A stretch of 21,468 nucleotides of DNA from Methanobacterium sp. (GCA_003166335.1 PMWA01000099.1:5632-27099), one strand, 5' to 3'; shown: positions 1 to 11,226, counted from the first letter of the stretch. Notes: generated from the sequence alone by a model not told the origin. Numbers and translations: made by a program.

Positions 1-743
1 TGATCTATATAATCAATGGATATTATACCATCAACACCTGTTATCTCTAACTGTCGCTTTTTGTATGGAGTAAGCCAATTAGTCTCCAGGACACCTACAG
101 CTCCATTTTCAAACTTCATCATTAACTCAGCATGATCTTCATATTCACATTTTTCGAGTCGGCTACCCATATTAGCGTAAACTCGAGATACTGGGCTGTC
201 AAATAAGTAAAACATAATATCAACTTCGTGAATAGCTAAATCTATAGTTACACCTACATCTTTAATTCGAGGCGGGAAGGGTCCCACTCTTTTTGCGGAT
301 GCTGAAACAATTTCTCCTATTACACCGTCATCTATTAATTTTTTAGCCTCAAGGACTGCAGGATTAAATCGTTCCACATGACCTGTTGCCAGTTTGACTC
401 CAGCTTCCTCAGCAGCATCTACCATCTCTTTAGCCTCATCTAGAGTGAACGCTATGGGTTTCTCCACAAGCACATGCTTCCCATTTTTTATAGCACTCAT
501 GACGACTTCATAATGATAAGTAGTAGGTACGCATATACTAACTGCTTCAATTTCTGGCATACCCAATATATTATCGTAATCCACGTAACCTACAGTGTTA
601 TATTTCTTAGAAACCTCAGCTAAGGTTCCTTTCATTAGATCTGATACGGCTAGGAGGTTGGCGTTTTTAATTTCAGAATAGACTCGCACATGATTCTGAC
701 CCATGGCTCCTACTCCTATCACGCCTACATTGATATTTCTCAC
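1..743 (-). CDS. Gfo/Idh/MocA family NAD-dependent oxidoreductase (UDP-GlcNAc 3-dehydrogenase-like); partial, runs off the left edge
   Basis: Absent from the ORF track; translated by hand from GTG at 743 as MRNINVGVIGVGAMGQNHVRVYSE. Rossmann GxGxxG, EKP and GHVERFNPA motifs present. The start overlaps the hemC stop (GTGA), with a GGAGG SD upstream. Confidence 0.9.
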   Translation of the reverse strand, partial: MRNINVGVIGVGAMGQNHVRVYSEIKNANLLAVSDLMKGTLAEVSKKYNTVGYVDYDNILGMPEIEAVSICVPTTYHYEVVMSAIKNGKHVLVEKPIAFTLDEAKEMVDAAEEAGVKLATGHVERFNPAVLEAKKLIDDGVIGEIVSASAKRVGPFPPRIKDVGVTIDLAIHEVDIMFYLFDSPVSRVYANMGSRLEKCEYEDHAELMMKFENGAVGVLETNWLTPYKKRQLEITGVDGIISIDYID

Positions 744-1612
744 TGGTAATCCTCCTTAATAATTTTACCGGCTTCCATACCAAGCTTTTCAGCTTCAGAT
801 ATGGCGCCACTCATGCTTACTTGAGATAATATTTCTCCATCTGTATTAAGTAAAATAGTATAAAGATGAAGTTCATTTTTATCTGCTCGGGCATTAGCAC
901 CTAATGGCCACTGGCAACCCCCACCAAGTTCTTCAAGTACAGTTTTTTCAGCTTTTACTTCTTGTGCGGATGGAAAATGATTTAATTGCTCTAAAACTTT
1001 CATATATTTATTATCTTTCCGTGTTACTATAGCTAATGCTCCTTGCCCTGCTGGTGGAGTGTAATAATGGGGGGAGAATACTTGTTGGATATTTTTTTCT
1101 AATCCCAACCTTTTCAAACCGGCTTCAGCCATTATGGTAGCATCATATTCTCCATTTAAAACCTTTCTCACCCGGGTATCAACATTTCCTCTGATTGGTT
1201 TTATATTAACATTTTTTAGATGATGATTTATAAAGGCTTCTCTTCGCAGACTACTGGTGCCTATAGTTGCTCCGTCAGAAAGCTTTTCCCAGGGATAATT
1301 AGATATTAGAGCTTCTCTTGGAGATTCTCGCAGTGGAACAGCTACTATTTCCAAATCATCCTCCAATTCTATAGGAAGATCCTTGAAACTATGCACTGCA
1401 AAGTCAACTTCTTCTTCTAAAACTGCTTTATCGAGTTCCTTGGTAAATATCCCTTTTACATCGATCTGGTAGAGTTTAGAGTCTTTATTTATATCTCCTG
1501 TACTTCTGATTTTCTTAAATTTTACTTCCTCATCTGTTATTTTAGATAACTGTGTGATTATATTTTTTGTCTGAACTATTGCAAGATTACTTCCCCTAGT
1601 ACCTGCCTTCAA
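740..1612 (-). CDS. hemC: hydroxymethylbilane synthase (porphobilinogen deaminase)
   Basis: GTRGSxLA, FTKELD, VHSFKD, GTSSLRR and RGNVDTR motifs; cofactor Cys in LGGGC. TTG start with GGAGATGAT SD. Confidence 0.97.
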   Translation of the reverse strand: MKAGTRGSNLAIVQTKNIITQLSKITDEEVKFKKIRSTGDINKDSKLYQIDVKGIFTKELDKAVLEEEVDFAVHSFKDLPIELEDDLEIVAVPLRESPREALISNYPWEKLSDGATIGTSSLRREAFINHHLKNVNIKPIRGNVDTRVRKVLNGEYDATIMAEAGLKRLGLEKNIQQVFSPHYYTPPAGQGALAIVTRKDNKYMKVLEQLNHFPSAQEVKAEKTVLEELGGGCQWPLGANARADKNELHLYTILLNTDGEILSQVSMSGAISEAEKLGMEAGKIIKEDYQ

Positions 1613-1813
1613 ATAATCATCTCCAAGCCACTCTGATAAATCATTAAAAAATTCTTCATAAATTAATCATAAAAATATTTTAGTATTCAAAAAAAGTTTC
1701 TTAACTAAAATATCAAATTAATAATATTAAGTTTTAAGGTCTTTAATGCAGTTAAACTTTATTAAATCATTCCCAACGATCTTTTATAAATGTTGTCATA
1801 GTTCCATACACTA

Positions 1814-3157
1814 TTATCTATGTTGTAAGTCTGGAAAAGTAGATCGGTAAATCAACAGTATATTCTGACAGCCAAAATTTAATGCATAGTCCATAGCCTC
1901 ATCTAAATGCGGTATGTAATGAAAATTTCGTTCTATTCCATCTTTAACAGCATTACCCAATTCATCGGTAAGTATAAGTTGAATATCTTTAGTTAATTCA
2001 TTTAAAATACTAGAAGCAGATTGTTCATCAATTTCTTCACATGTTACGCCGTATTTACCCCCAAATACTATACCAGTTCTAGGGAGATCTTCTAACATGC
2101 TTATCGCCTTTTCAATGGTTGCTAAGTTTATACCGGGATTTACCTCTTCTATAATGCGAACTTCTTTCCTGTTTGCTATAGATGTTCTTCCTTTCAAACC
2201 ATTATAATTTTTTAAACCATTTATTATATGATTCTTGGAAATTCCCAGGGTTAAAGAAGCGCATATGGCTGAAATAACATTTTGAACATGATGCGGGGCT
2301 GGTGCGAATGTGGAAATTTCAAATGCATCATCTAAAATCTCTCCAGAAATAGTTTTAAGATCCTTTACTTCCACTTGAAAAATGGTTTCCTGAAATCCAA
2401 AAATTATATTAGATGCTTTAACATTTCCTTTCTTATCAATACTGAATGTATTGGTTTTTTCTTTAAAATCTGGATAGAAACGATTGAATGAATCATAATC
2501 ACATGCTAATAGTTTATTATTAAAGATTTGAATTTTAGCTTCACTGGCTTTTCTAGTACCTTTGGCTATGCTATAATCTTCAATTATGTTTGTTAATATT
2601 CCAACCTCAGCGAGACCCGTTCCCCCCAGTGAAGTCTCCACTATAAAAATACCCGCATCATATTCCTGAGCCATTCTCCACGCGTCGATAATATTAGCAG
2701 GGGTTATGCTAATATCCTTCTTCAATAACTTACTTTCACCATCATCCACCACTTCTACACCTAAACTACTTAGAATAAGTGGATTTAAATCTTTAAATAT
2801 TTCCTTCAGCATATGTACAACGCTGGTTTTACCCTTAACTCCAGTAACTTCTATAACCGGTATTTTTATGCGGTTCTTCATTAAAAATGCCACTGCTTCA
2901 TGATGCGTCATATTAACCGGATAATCTAAATTACAATGAATTGGAGCAACTACCCACGTGGATCTATTTAAATAATTTTCATCAACCAATTTTACTCCAC
3001 TCTCATGGAGATTATTTTTATCCTCATCTGTCAATGTATTATAGATATCCCAGCCAAAAACATTATATCCCGGTAATTTTGAGAATTCAGTAGCTATTAT
3101 TTTCCCACCATGAGTCATATCCACTACCAATACATTTTTAAATGGTTTTTTTAACAT
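1814..3157 (-). CDS. cfbE: coenzyme F430 synthase (Mur-ligase family)
   Basis: N-terminal VDMTHGG, P-loop EVTGVKGKTS, SITPA and ETSLGGTG motifs; lies next to hemC in a methanogen context. Confidence 0.88.
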   Translation of the reverse strand: MLKKPFKNVLVVDMTHGGKIIATEFSKLPGYNVFGWDIYNTLTDEDKNNLHESGVKLVDENYLNRSTWVVAPIHCNLDYPVNMTHHEAVAFLMKNRIKIPVIEVTGVKGKTSVVHMLKEIFKDLNPLILSSLGVEVVDDGESKLLKKDISITPANIIDAWRMAQEYDAGIFIVETSLGGTGLAEVGILTNIIEDYSIAKGTRKASEAKIQIFNNKLLACDYDSFNRFYPDFKEKTNTFSIDKKGNVKASNIIFGFQETIFQVEVKDLKTISGEILDDAFEISTFAPAPHHVQNVISAICASLTLGISKNHIINGLKNYNGLKGRTSIANRKEVRIIEEVNPGINLATIEKAISMLEDLPRTGIVFGGKYGVTCEEIDEQSASSILNELTKDIQLILTDELGNAVKDGIERNFHYIPHLDEAMDYALNFGCQNILLIYRSTFPDLQHR

Positions 3158-3987
3158 AAACCGCCTTTTATAAGTTTTTCTCTTACTCTACGATAGAAGT
3201 CTTTGGTTAATCTTACAAAGCATGCGTAATCATTAGATTTACTGAATATAATCTCATCCATATAATTTATTTCCTCTTCTGTTTGACCATCAATCACGGC
3301 TATGGCGTTTTTACCCTCTCTGAGTAATTTAACTTTTATTTCACTATCATCAGATACTAAAGTTGGTCTGGATCCTAATTTGAAGGGACATATAGGAACT
3401 ATTATAAAAGCCTCCACTTTAGGATCCACTATAGGTCCACCCGCTGACATAGCGTAGGCAGTTGAACCACTAGGAGTAGCAATTATTAATCCATCAGCCC
3501 TTAATTCTTCTACTACTTCATCATCAACTGATATTTCCATATTCAACATTTTAGCTGGTTTAAGCGTCATTAATACTACCTCATTTAGAGCTGAATGAAG
3601 TTTACTGTTATGACGGATCTGGAGTTGAGAGCGTTTTTCCACAAAATAATTACCCGCTAAAACCTCTTCTATAGCTGTAAAAGTATCTTCTGGATCTATT
3701 TCGGTTAAAAAACCAACAGTACCCATATTTATACCAAATAACGGAATTTCTTTAGGACTGATAAAACTCTGGGTTCTCAGGATGGTTCCATCCCCACCCA
3801 CTGCTATTATAATATCAGTATCCATCTCCTCAAGTGGACATGATAATTCTTCATATTTATTTAACCTCTCCATAACCGAGGTATCCAGCACAGTTTCAAT
3901 ATTCTTTTCTATTAGTAATTCAACTATTTTACCAGCCAATTGAATCGCTTCTTCCACATCAAGACGTGCAACTACTCCTATTCGCAT
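3151..3987 (-). CDS. nadK: NAD(+) kinase
   Basis: GGDGT, GINMGTVGFL, LNE, ADG and TPSGSTAY motifs. Confidence 0.96.
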   Translation of the reverse strand: MRIGVVARLDVEEAIQLAGKIVELLIEKNIETVLDTSVMERLNKYEELSCPLEEMDTDIIIAVGGDGTILRTQSFISPKEIPLFGINMGTVGFLTEIDPEDTFTAIEEVLAGNYFVEKRSQLQIRHNSKLHSALNEVVLMTLKPAKMLNMEISVDDEVVEELRADGLIIATPSGSTAYAMSAGGPIVDPKVEAFIIVPICPFKLGSRPTLVSDDSEIKVKLLREGKNAIAVIDGQTEEEINYMDEIIFSKSNDYACFVRLTKDFYRRVREKLIKGGLC

Positions 3988-4827
3988 TTAAACCCCCTCC
4001 CCTAAAATCCGAATCAACTCCTTATGAATATTACTGTTTCCAGAGGCTATTATGGAAGTTCTCTCCAGAACATTTAATTTACCATGCAATGGATGATCAT
4101 ATTCATTAGTAACTAATCCACCTGCTTCCTCCACTATAATTTTAGCAGCTGATAAATCCATTATTCGTTGATTTCCACGTACATCCACAAAAGCATCATA
4201 TATTCCCTCAGCTACATAACATAGTTCAACAGCAACCGAACCTAGAATTCTCATCCGTCTAATCATTTTACAAAGCTGATCTACCTTATCCATATCTGCA
4301 CGGTATACGTAGGCTCCTATTAATGAATTAGAAAGATTATTCTGATTAGAAGTGGAAATTACCTCACCATTTAAAGTGGCTCCTCCTCCTTTAACTGCCT
4401 GGTAAATATCTCCAGTGGCGAAGTTTTTAACGAATCCTAACTCCAAATCATCGGTGGTCATGATTTTTTCAGAATTAGACATAGTTCCTATCGCTAGTGA
4501 TATTCCATATGCTGGTATATTTTTAACCGCGTTATTAGTACCATCCAACGGATCAACCACTAAAACAACTTCAGATGGAGTATCACCCAGTTTAAGCTCA
4601 CCTATCTCCTCACTAACCAGTGTTAAAGGCCTACCAGTACTTTCTAAAATTTCAATTACCTTCTCTTCAGCTTCTAAATCTATCAATTTAGTAGGAGTAC
4701 CATCTGCACCCATTTTAACTGTATTTCCAGCTTTTTTTTGGCCCACAAGTGGTGAAATTACTTCGTTAACTTCCTCCATGATTTCATAGGAGATTTTACT
4801 CCAGAATCTAATATCCTCATCTTTCAT
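3988..4827 (-). CDS. inositol monophosphatase/FBPase family protein (NADP phosphatase-like)
   Basis: GADGTPT, SEE, DPLDGT, RILGS and MDLSAA motifs of the archaeal IMPase/FBPase family; abuts nadK. Confidence 0.9.
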   Translation of the reverse strand: MKDEDIRFWSKISYEIMEEVNEVISPLVGQKKAGNTVKMGADGTPTKLIDLEAEEKVIEILESTGRPLTLVSEEIGELKLGDTPSEVVLVVDPLDGTNNAVKNIPAYGISLAIGTMSNSEKIMTTDDLELGFVKNFATGDIYQAVKGGGATLNGEVISTSNQNNLSNSLIGAYVYRADMDKVDQLCKMIRRMRILGSVAVELCYVAEGIYDAFVDVRGNQRIMDLSAAKIIVEEAGGLVTNEYDHPLHGKLNVLERTSIIASGNSNIHKELIRILGEGV

Positions 4828-4925
4828 ATCCCATTATCTCCTTTTAAAAAAAATATGGTTAAACCCATAATAATTCATATTAATACTAACCAATTTATTT
4901 CTCTAATTTTTTCTCGTGTTAATTG

Positions 4926-5372
4926 TTACTCATTTAAATATACTAAGGCTGCTACTACTGCACCCTGTTTTTTTACAATATAATCTTGCTGTTCTACTAT
5001 AATCTCCCTGATTTCAATGTTACGTATTTGCATCATGTACTGCACCATGTACACTGCTTTTTCCTTAATCTTACCTGAATCTTGATTTATTCCGGAATGT
5101 TCCACTACACAACCTAAATCATCTCCTACCGCCACTGCTATTACGGCTGATAAGAGATCACCTTTACAGTCAGATGACGTGTAAGATAGAACTGTATTCA
5201 CCATTTCACCCGCAGGGAACTTAGGAAGCTTCACTATCCTTGTATTGGAAGGTAATATACTGGAAACCTTTATAAGATTTATATCCCCTATTCCCGCATC
5301 CAAAAGGGCGTTGTCGAATGCATTAAGTTTGGTTGGACCTTCCGCTTTACCTGAAGTTATCGATACTTTCAT
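4926..5372 (-). CDS. pdaD: pyruvoyl-dependent arginine decarboxylase
   Basis: [26 protein letters not shown], containing the Ser-Ser autocleavage site. Confidence 0.93.
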   Translation of the reverse strand: MKVSITSGKAEGPTKLNAFDNALLDAGIGDINLIKVSSILPSNTRIVKLPKFPAGEMVNTVLSYTSSDCKGDLLSAVIAVAVGDDLGCVVEHSGINQDSGKIKEKAVYMVQYMMQIRNIEIREIIVEQQDYIVKKQGAVVAALVYLNE

Positions 5373-5704
5373 GAGATCACTTAAAATTTAATATCCAAAA
5401 AATATAACCCATATTATATATCCATATATGATCAAAGTTTTATAACAAAGGGATTCATCTAAGAATTCCTATAAAAAATATCTAGAATTAATCTATAAAT
5501 CTTTATCCTAAAACTAAATTTAAATAGAAATATTTTTCATAAAAATTGATCTAGAAAATGTTTTTCTTAATAATAATTCTAATTAAATATGATGAAATTT
5601 ATAATACTATTTAGAAAAGGCTTAAAATTTTATTAAATTTCATAAATCTTCTTAATTTTAATCTTTATTAAGAATTAAAATAATTATAATCGGAGGAATT
5701 TCAA
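5373..5704. promoter_or_regulatory. divergent promoter region between pdaD and aIF-5A
   Basis: Very AT-rich 330-bp gap between divergent genes with several TATA-like boxes; GGAGG SD at about 5692-5696. Exact promoters cannot be assigned. Confidence 0.5.
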
Positions 5705-6094
5705 ATGGCTAAAAAGGTAGTAGAAGTTAAAACTTTAAAGGTAGGTAAATATGTTATACTAGATGGTGAAGCATCAAAAATCGTGAATATACAAACCTCA
5801 TCCCCCGGGAAACATGGTGCCGCGAAAGCGCGAGTGGATGCAATAGGAATTTTTGACAATCAGAAACGAGGCATCGTAAAACCTGTTGATACTAAGATAG
5901 ATGTACCTATAATTGATAAAAGAACTGCTCAAGTATTATCTCTAATGGGTAGTGACGTGCAACTCATGGATTTAGAGACTTATGAAACCTTTGAAGTTCC
6001 AATACCTGACGAATTACGCAACGATTTAATTGAAGGTGCAGAAGTAAGTTACATTATTGCATTAGGTAATAAGAAGCTAATGCAAATTAAATAA
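5705..6094 (+). CDS. eif5a: translation factor aIF-5A
   Basis: Hypusine loop [10 protein letters not shown] (Lys36) and [12 protein letters not shown]. Confidence 0.98.
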   Translation: MAKKVVEVKTLKVGKYVILDGEASKIVNIQTSSPGKHGAAKARVDAIGIFDNQKRGIVKPVDTKIDVPIIDKRTAQVLSLMGSDVQLMDLETYETFEVPIPDELRNDLIEGAEVSYIIALGNKKLMQIK

Positions 6095-6201
6095 TAAAAA
6101 TAAAATGGATATTAAATTTATCAAATAAGAAATATTTTTTTTCCCTGAAAAATTTTTTATTATCAAATTTATTCTAAACATGATTACTTGAGATAAAAAA
6201 A

Positions 6202-7101
6202 ATGTTTTTTTATACAGAAACACCCCTCAAATTTGCTTTCAGTCGAGATATAACCGAATTTAAGAGTAATTCTTCAAAATCGAAATCTGAAGTCAGTACA
6301 CCCCAATTCGGGATTTTAGGGGTGCCTTTTGATAGTACTAGTTCTTATAAACCAGGGGCTAGATTCGGGCCTAACATGGTTCGAGAAGCATCCTATAACT
6401 TGGAAAGATATAACTTGCTCTTAAAAAAAAACTTGAAAGCAACATTTTATGAGCTGGGAAATCTAGAAGTAGTTCATGGAAATTTCAATAAAACTTCTAA
6501 ACATCTGATATCAACAATAGAAGAAATAAAAGATGATTTAATCCCTATTATTATAGGTGGCGAACATACCATAACTTATGGGGTTATAAAAGGTTTGAAT
6601 AAAGTTATGGATATTCAGGATGCAACAATCATCCATTTTGACGCTCATATGGATCTACGTGACAAATATATGGGTGAGAAATATTCCCATGCCACAGTTA
6701 TGCGACGGATATGGGACTTAAATCCCCAAGATATAATGCAGATAGGGGTTAGATCCTGCTTAGAAGATGAAGAAATCTTTGCAAGAGAAGAGGATATAAA
6801 ATATTACACTTCAACCGAAGTGAAAAGTAATATAACAGAAATTGAAAAAGTAATATCCAATATAAAGACCCCTATATATGTTACCATTGATATAGACGTT
6901 CTGGATCCCGCATACGCCCCATCAGTTGGGACACCCGCATCCTTTGGTTTAGAACCTCATGAGTTACAAAAGCTAATAAATAACCTGCAAGGTAAAGAAA
7001 TTATTGGATTGGACGTGGTTGAAGTATCTTCCAGTTCCATAGGAGATAGAACTTCCATAAACGGTGCACAAGTCATCTATGATTTTCTTTCTTTGCAATA
7101 A
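6202..7101 (+). CDS. speB: agmatinase (ureohydrolase family)
   Basis: GVPFD, GARFGP, GGEHT, DAHMD and [11 protein letters not shown] metal-binding motifs; clustered with pdaD. Confidence 0.93.
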   Translation: MFFYTETPLKFAFSRDITEFKSNSSKSKSEVSTPQFGILGVPFDSTSSYKPGARFGPNMVREASYNLERYNLLLKKNLKATFYELGNLEVVHGNFNKTSKHLISTIEEIKDDLIPIIIGGEHTITYGVIKGLNKVMDIQDATIIHFDAHMDLRDKYMGEKYSHATVMRRIWDLNPQDIMQIGVRSCLEDEEIFAREEDIKYYTSTEVKSNITEIEKVISNIKTPIYVTIDIDVLDPAYAPSVGTPASFGLEPHELQKLINNLQGKEIIGLDVVEVSSSSIGDRTSINGAQVIYDFLSLQ

Positions 7102-7105
7102 AAAA

Positions 7106-7120
7106 TTTATTTTTTTTTTT
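7106..7120 (+). terminator. oligo-T archaeal terminator candidate after speB
   Basis: TTTA followed by a run of 11 T immediately after the stop codon. Confidence 0.45.
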
Positions 7121-7186
7121 AAATGAAAAAAAATCAAAGATATAATATTTGTTTCTAATAAATTTATTAAATCAAGTAAATTTTAG

Positions 7187-8428
7187 ATGGTGGATAAATT
7201 GTACACAAGAGAAGTAGAACTTTCTGGTCATATTATAGATTCATTGATGTTGCCTAAGGCCTTTGATATAATAATGGATAAGGGAGGAGATTTCAAAATT
7301 CTTGATTTCCATGTGGGTAAACTTAAAAAGGATATAAGTCATGCCCGGATCCAGGTTAAAGGAAAAACTGAAGTACAATTAGGAGAAATACTCGACGAAC
7401 TTACTGAAATTGGATGTGTAGTTGTTGAAATCAAGGAAGCAGAGCTTCAAACCTCCCCTAAAGATAAAACTCTGCCTTCAGACTTCTATTCCACCACTAA
7501 CCATCCCACTGATATCCGCTATAAAAATCATTGGGTACCAGTAGAAGACATTGAAATGGATTGCATGATAGTGTTTGATCCGGAAAATAATCGAGCTTTA
7601 TGCAAACCTATGGCACATATTAAAAAAGGGGATTTAGTAGTAGTTGGGAGAGAAGGTATAAAGGTAACTCCTCCCGAGAGACCTCGAGGTAAATTAGGTG
7701 TTTTTGAATTCATGTCCAGTGAAGCTTCCTCTGAAAAACCTTTCAAATCCATAATAGAAAAAATAGCCTCTGAGATACATGAAGTAAAAGAAGCAGGTGG
7801 TAAAATTGCAGTGGTTGGCGGACCAGCGATAGTACACACCGGATCTGCTCCAATTCTAGCTCAAATGATTAAAGAAGGAATTATTGATGTCCTTTTTGCT
7901 GGAAATGCTCTGGCAACTCATGACATAGAAAATGCAATCTACGGTACTTCCCTTGGAGTATGTGTAAATACTGGTGAAATTGTAACCAGGGGACATAGAC
8001 ACCACATTTATGCTATAAATCAAATAAATCAAGCCGGATCCATCAAAAAAGCTGTAGAGAATGGTATTTTAAAAAAAGGAATTATGTACGAGTGCGTTAA
8101 AAACAATGTACCCTTTGTACTTTCCGGTTCAATAAGAGATGATGGACCTCTACCGGACGTTATAACCGATGTTATAAAAGCCCAAGATGAAATGAGAAAA
8201 TATGTGCAAGATGTGGATATGGTAATCATGATCGCTACCATGCTCCATTCTATAGCAATGGGAAACATTCTACCCTCTCAAGTTAAAAGTATCTGCGTAG
8301 ATATCAACCCAGCTACCGTTACTAAACTCAGCGATAGGGGCAGTGCTCAAGTAGTAGGTATCGTAACTGATGTAGGGGCTTTTATGCCACTGTTATATCA
8401 GGAATTAACTAATCACTGCATGAATTAA
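7187..8428 (+). CDS. TIGR00300 family protein (LOR/SDH domain; ArgZ/AgrE C-terminal-type ornithine cyclodeaminase)
   Basis: [41 protein letters not shown] and [10 protein letters not shown] motifs. The true start may be TTG at 7199, which follows a GGTGGA SD. Confidence 0.88.
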   Translation: MVDKLYTREVELSGHIIDSLMLPKAFDIIMDKGGDFKILDFHVGKLKKDISHARIQVKGKTEVQLGEILDELTEIGCVVVEIKEAELQTSPKDKTLPSDFYSTTNHPTDIRYKNHWVPVEDIEMDCMIVFDPENNRALCKPMAHIKKGDLVVVGREGIKVTPPERPRGKLGVFEFMSSEASSEKPFKSIIEKIASEIHEVKEAGGKIAVVGGPAIVHTGSAPILAQMIKEGIIDVLFAGNALATHDIENAIYGTSLGVCVNTGEIVTRGHRHHIYAINQINQAGSIKKAVENGILKKGIMYECVKNNVPFVLSGSIRDDGPLPDVITDVIKAQDEMRKYVQDVDMVIMIATMLHSIAMGNILPSQVKSICVDINPATVTKLSDRGSAQVVGIVTDVGAFMPLLYQELTNHCMN

Positions 8429-8463
8429 ACATTATATAAAAAAAATAATCTAAATGCATTTTC

Positions 8464-9540
8464 ATGCCAATTGAAAATATAAAAATCGCAGGCGCCGGCC
8501 CAGCAGGACTAACAGCAGCTATAAACCTCGCCAAAGCAGGATACCAAGTTGAAGTATTTGAAAAAAACCACGATACTGGCGTCCGTTTCCATGGGGATCT
8601 GCAGGGATTGGAGAATTGGTCTCGGGAAAGAGATATAATAGATGAATTACATGATATGAATATTAAAAGTACTAATTTTAATTATAATGGATTCAAAAAT
8701 CTTAGAATATCAAACGGAACTAAAAACTGGGATTTTTCATGTGAAGAACCTGTTTTCTATCTGGTTAGAAGAGGAAATATTGAAGGAAGTCTTGACCACG
8801 GATTAAAAAAACAAGCAGTAGATTCCGGAGTTAATTTACATTTTAAAACGAATCCACCGGTAGATACAATAAATATTATTGCAACTGGACCCATTAAAAA
8901 TGAAGTATACATCATAGCTAAAGGAAAAACCTTCGAAACTGATGCAGATGATACTGCATTAGGTATCGTTGACAATCACGCTGCATTTAACGGTTATTCC
9001 TACCTTTTAATATCACAAGGTTATGGATGCTTATGCACAGTTTTGTTTGACAGATTTAAAGATGCATCAAAGTGTTTCGAGAAAACAGAGAAAATTATAT
9101 CAAGTCAAGTTGATTTTAACATTCAAAATCCTAAAAAAATGGCAGGATTAGGCTCTTTCTCTAATAAAAATATTTTTAAGCAAAATGAAAAGCTTTACAT
9201 CGGCGAAGCCGCAGGTTTACAGGATTTATTCTGGGGTTTCGGTATGGGAAATGCCATAACCTCCGGATTTCTCGCAGCAGAGAGTATAATAAATGGTACA
9301 GACTACGCTAAAACTGCGGAAAACTATTTCAAAAAAAAATTAAAAGCCAGTATAGTTAACAGATATATATGGGAAAAAGTAGGTTCCAAAGATTACTCAT
9401 TCATCGTAAACAGAATTCACAATTCAACCGACTCCATAAAATATCTAAGATCATTTTATAATTTTAATATCCTGCAAAAAATTATTTATCCATTTTCAAT
9501 GCATTATATGAAAAAAAGATACCCCAATTTAAGACTTTAA
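8464..9540 (+). CDS. NAD(P)/FAD-dependent oxidoreductase (geranylgeranyl reductase-like fold)
   Basis: IAGAGPAGLTAA...VFEK dinucleotide-binding motif and C-terminal IGEAAG...GFGM motif. Confidence 0.8.
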   Translation: MPIENIKIAGAGPAGLTAAINLAKAGYQVEVFEKNHDTGVRFHGDLQGLENWSRERDIIDELHDMNIKSTNFNYNGFKNLRISNGTKNWDFSCEEPVFYLVRRGNIEGSLDHGLKKQAVDSGVNLHFKTNPPVDTINIIATGPIKNEVYIIAKGKTFETDADDTALGIVDNHAAFNGYSYLLISQGYGCLCTVLFDRFKDASKCFEKTEKIISSQVDFNIQNPKKMAGLGSFSNKNIFKQNEKLYIGEAAGLQDLFWGFGMGNAITSGFLAAESIINGTDYAKTAENYFKKKLKASIVNRYIWEKVGSKDYSFIVNRIHNSTDSIKYLRSFYNFNILQKIIYPFSMHYMKKRYPNLRL

Positions 9541-9618
9541 ACTTACTAACAGAAGATCTGAAAATAGACTAAATTAATTGAAGTTACTAAATAGTTAATT
9601 TTTAGAGGAAAAACTTCT

Positions 9619-11226
9619 ATGATTAAAGGCAATCTATTGAATCTATTCACCGAGGAAATCTACCCTGCAGAAATTCACTTTGAGAATGGAGTTATAAAGT
9701 GTGTTAAACCTGTTAAAGAAGATTTTAAAGATTTTATTTTACCAGGATTCATAGATGCTCACATTCACATTGAAAGTTCCATGCTAACTCCTTCAAGATT
9801 TGCAGAAGCTGTAGTTCCACATGGAACAACCTCTGTAGTCTCGGATCCACATGAAATAGCCAATATCATGGGTTTAGATGGAATTAAATACATGATGAAA
9901 GATGCTAATTCTGTTCCCCTAAACTTCTACTTCACAGCACCCTCCTGTGTACCCGCCACTAATTTTGAAACATCCGGAGCAATTATAGATCCAAAAAAAA
10001 TAGAAAAACTACTTAAACAAGATAATATAGTTGCACTAGGAGAAATGATGAATTTCCCCGGAGTTTTAGCAGAAGATCCAATAGTCACCGAAAAAATCAG
10101 ACTAGCTCATAAATATAAAAAACCAGTAGATGGTCACGCTCCCCTACTTTCTGGTCAGGAACTTTGTAAATATATAGAGTCTGGTATATCCACAGATCAT
10201 GAATGCACTAGTCCAGAAGAAGTTACGGAAAAAAGACGATTAGGTATGAAAATAATGCTTCGTGAAGGCTCTTCCGCTCAAAACTTATCGGATCTGGTTT
10301 CTGCGGGAGGAGATTTCATAGTATCCGACGATAAAGATCCTGAGGACCTATTAAAGGGTCATGTAGACGTGATGCTTAGAAAATCTGTTGAATTAGGCTT
10401 AGATCCAATAGATGCTGTTAAAATGGTTACTCTTAATCCATGTATTCATTATAAATTAAATAGAGGATGTATTTCTCCTGGAAAGCCTGCAGACATTGTA
10501 TTGGTTGATGATCTTGAAAAATTTAATGTAAAGAAGGTTTTTATTAATGGAATTCTTGTTGCAAGTGATAATAAAGTTCTATTTTCAGTTAAACCACTTG
10601 AAATAGAAAATACATTTAATTTAGGTGCTAAGAAACTTGAAGATTTTGAGATCTTAAGTTCTAATGATGAAGAAATTGTAAGAGTAATTGAAGTTATGGA
10701 GAGTCAATTACTTACACAGGAATCTGAAGCTGTTTTAAAGATTGCTGATGGTAAAATAAAGCCTGATATTGGAAATGATATTTTAAAAATCAGTGTTGTA
10801 GAAAGATACGGTCATGGAAATATATCAAACGCGTTTATACATGGCTTCGGACTTGAAGAAGGAGCAATTGCATCAAGCATAGCTCATGACTCTCACAACA
10901 TTATAGTAGTGGGGACTAATAGTAAAGACATGGCATATGCAGTTAATAAACTAGTAAAAAATAATGGAGGATTAGTTGCGGTTTCAGGTGGATTCCATGT
11001 ATCAGTGAAGCTTCCCGTTGCAGGGTTGATGAGTACTAGGAATGTAGAGGAAGTAACTAAGGAATGTCGTATATTGCATGAAATGTTGGATGATATGGGA
11101 TGTAAACTGAATGCACCCTTCATGACATTGTCTTTCATGGCACTTCTCGTGATTCCAAAATTAAAGATAAGTGATAAAGGCTTATTTAATGTAGAGAATT
11201 TTGAATTTGTTACTGTAACAAAATAA
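9619..11226 (+). CDS. ade: adenine deaminase
   Basis: [41 protein letters not shown] and AHDSHN motifs. Confidence 0.96.
   Translation: MIKGNLLNLFTEEIYPAEIHFENGVIKCVKPVKEDFKDFILPGFIDAHIHIESSMLTPSRFAEAVVPHGTTSVVSDPHEIANIMGLDGIKYMMKDANSVPLNFYFTAPSCVPATNFETSGAIIDPKKIEKLLKQDNIVALGEMMNFPGVLAEDPIVTEKIRLAHKYKKPVDGHAPLLSGQELCKYIESGISTDHECTSPEEVTEKRRLGMKIMLREGSSAQNLSDLVSAGGDFIVSDDKDPEDLLKGHVDVMLRKSVELGLDPIDAVKMVTLNPCIHYKLNRGCISPGKPADIVLVDDLEKFNVKKVFINGILVASDNKVLFSVKPLEIENTFNLGAKKLEDFEILSSNDEEIVRVIEVMESQLLTQESEAVLKIADGKIKPDIGNDILKISVVERYGHGNISNAFIHGFGLEEGAIASSIAHDSHNIIVVGTNSKDMAYAVNKLVKNNGGLVAVSGGFHVSVKLPVAGLMSTRNVEEVTKECRILHEMLDDMGCKLNAPFMTLSFMALLVIPKLKISDKGLFNVENFEFVTVTK

Noticed and set aside
2706..11138. 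Antisense ORFs at 2706-2903, 4415-4789, 7528-7839, 8029-8268, 8757-8975 and 10893-11138
   Set aside because: All lie opposite well-supported genes and have Ser/Ile/Pro-rich shadow composition with no motifs.
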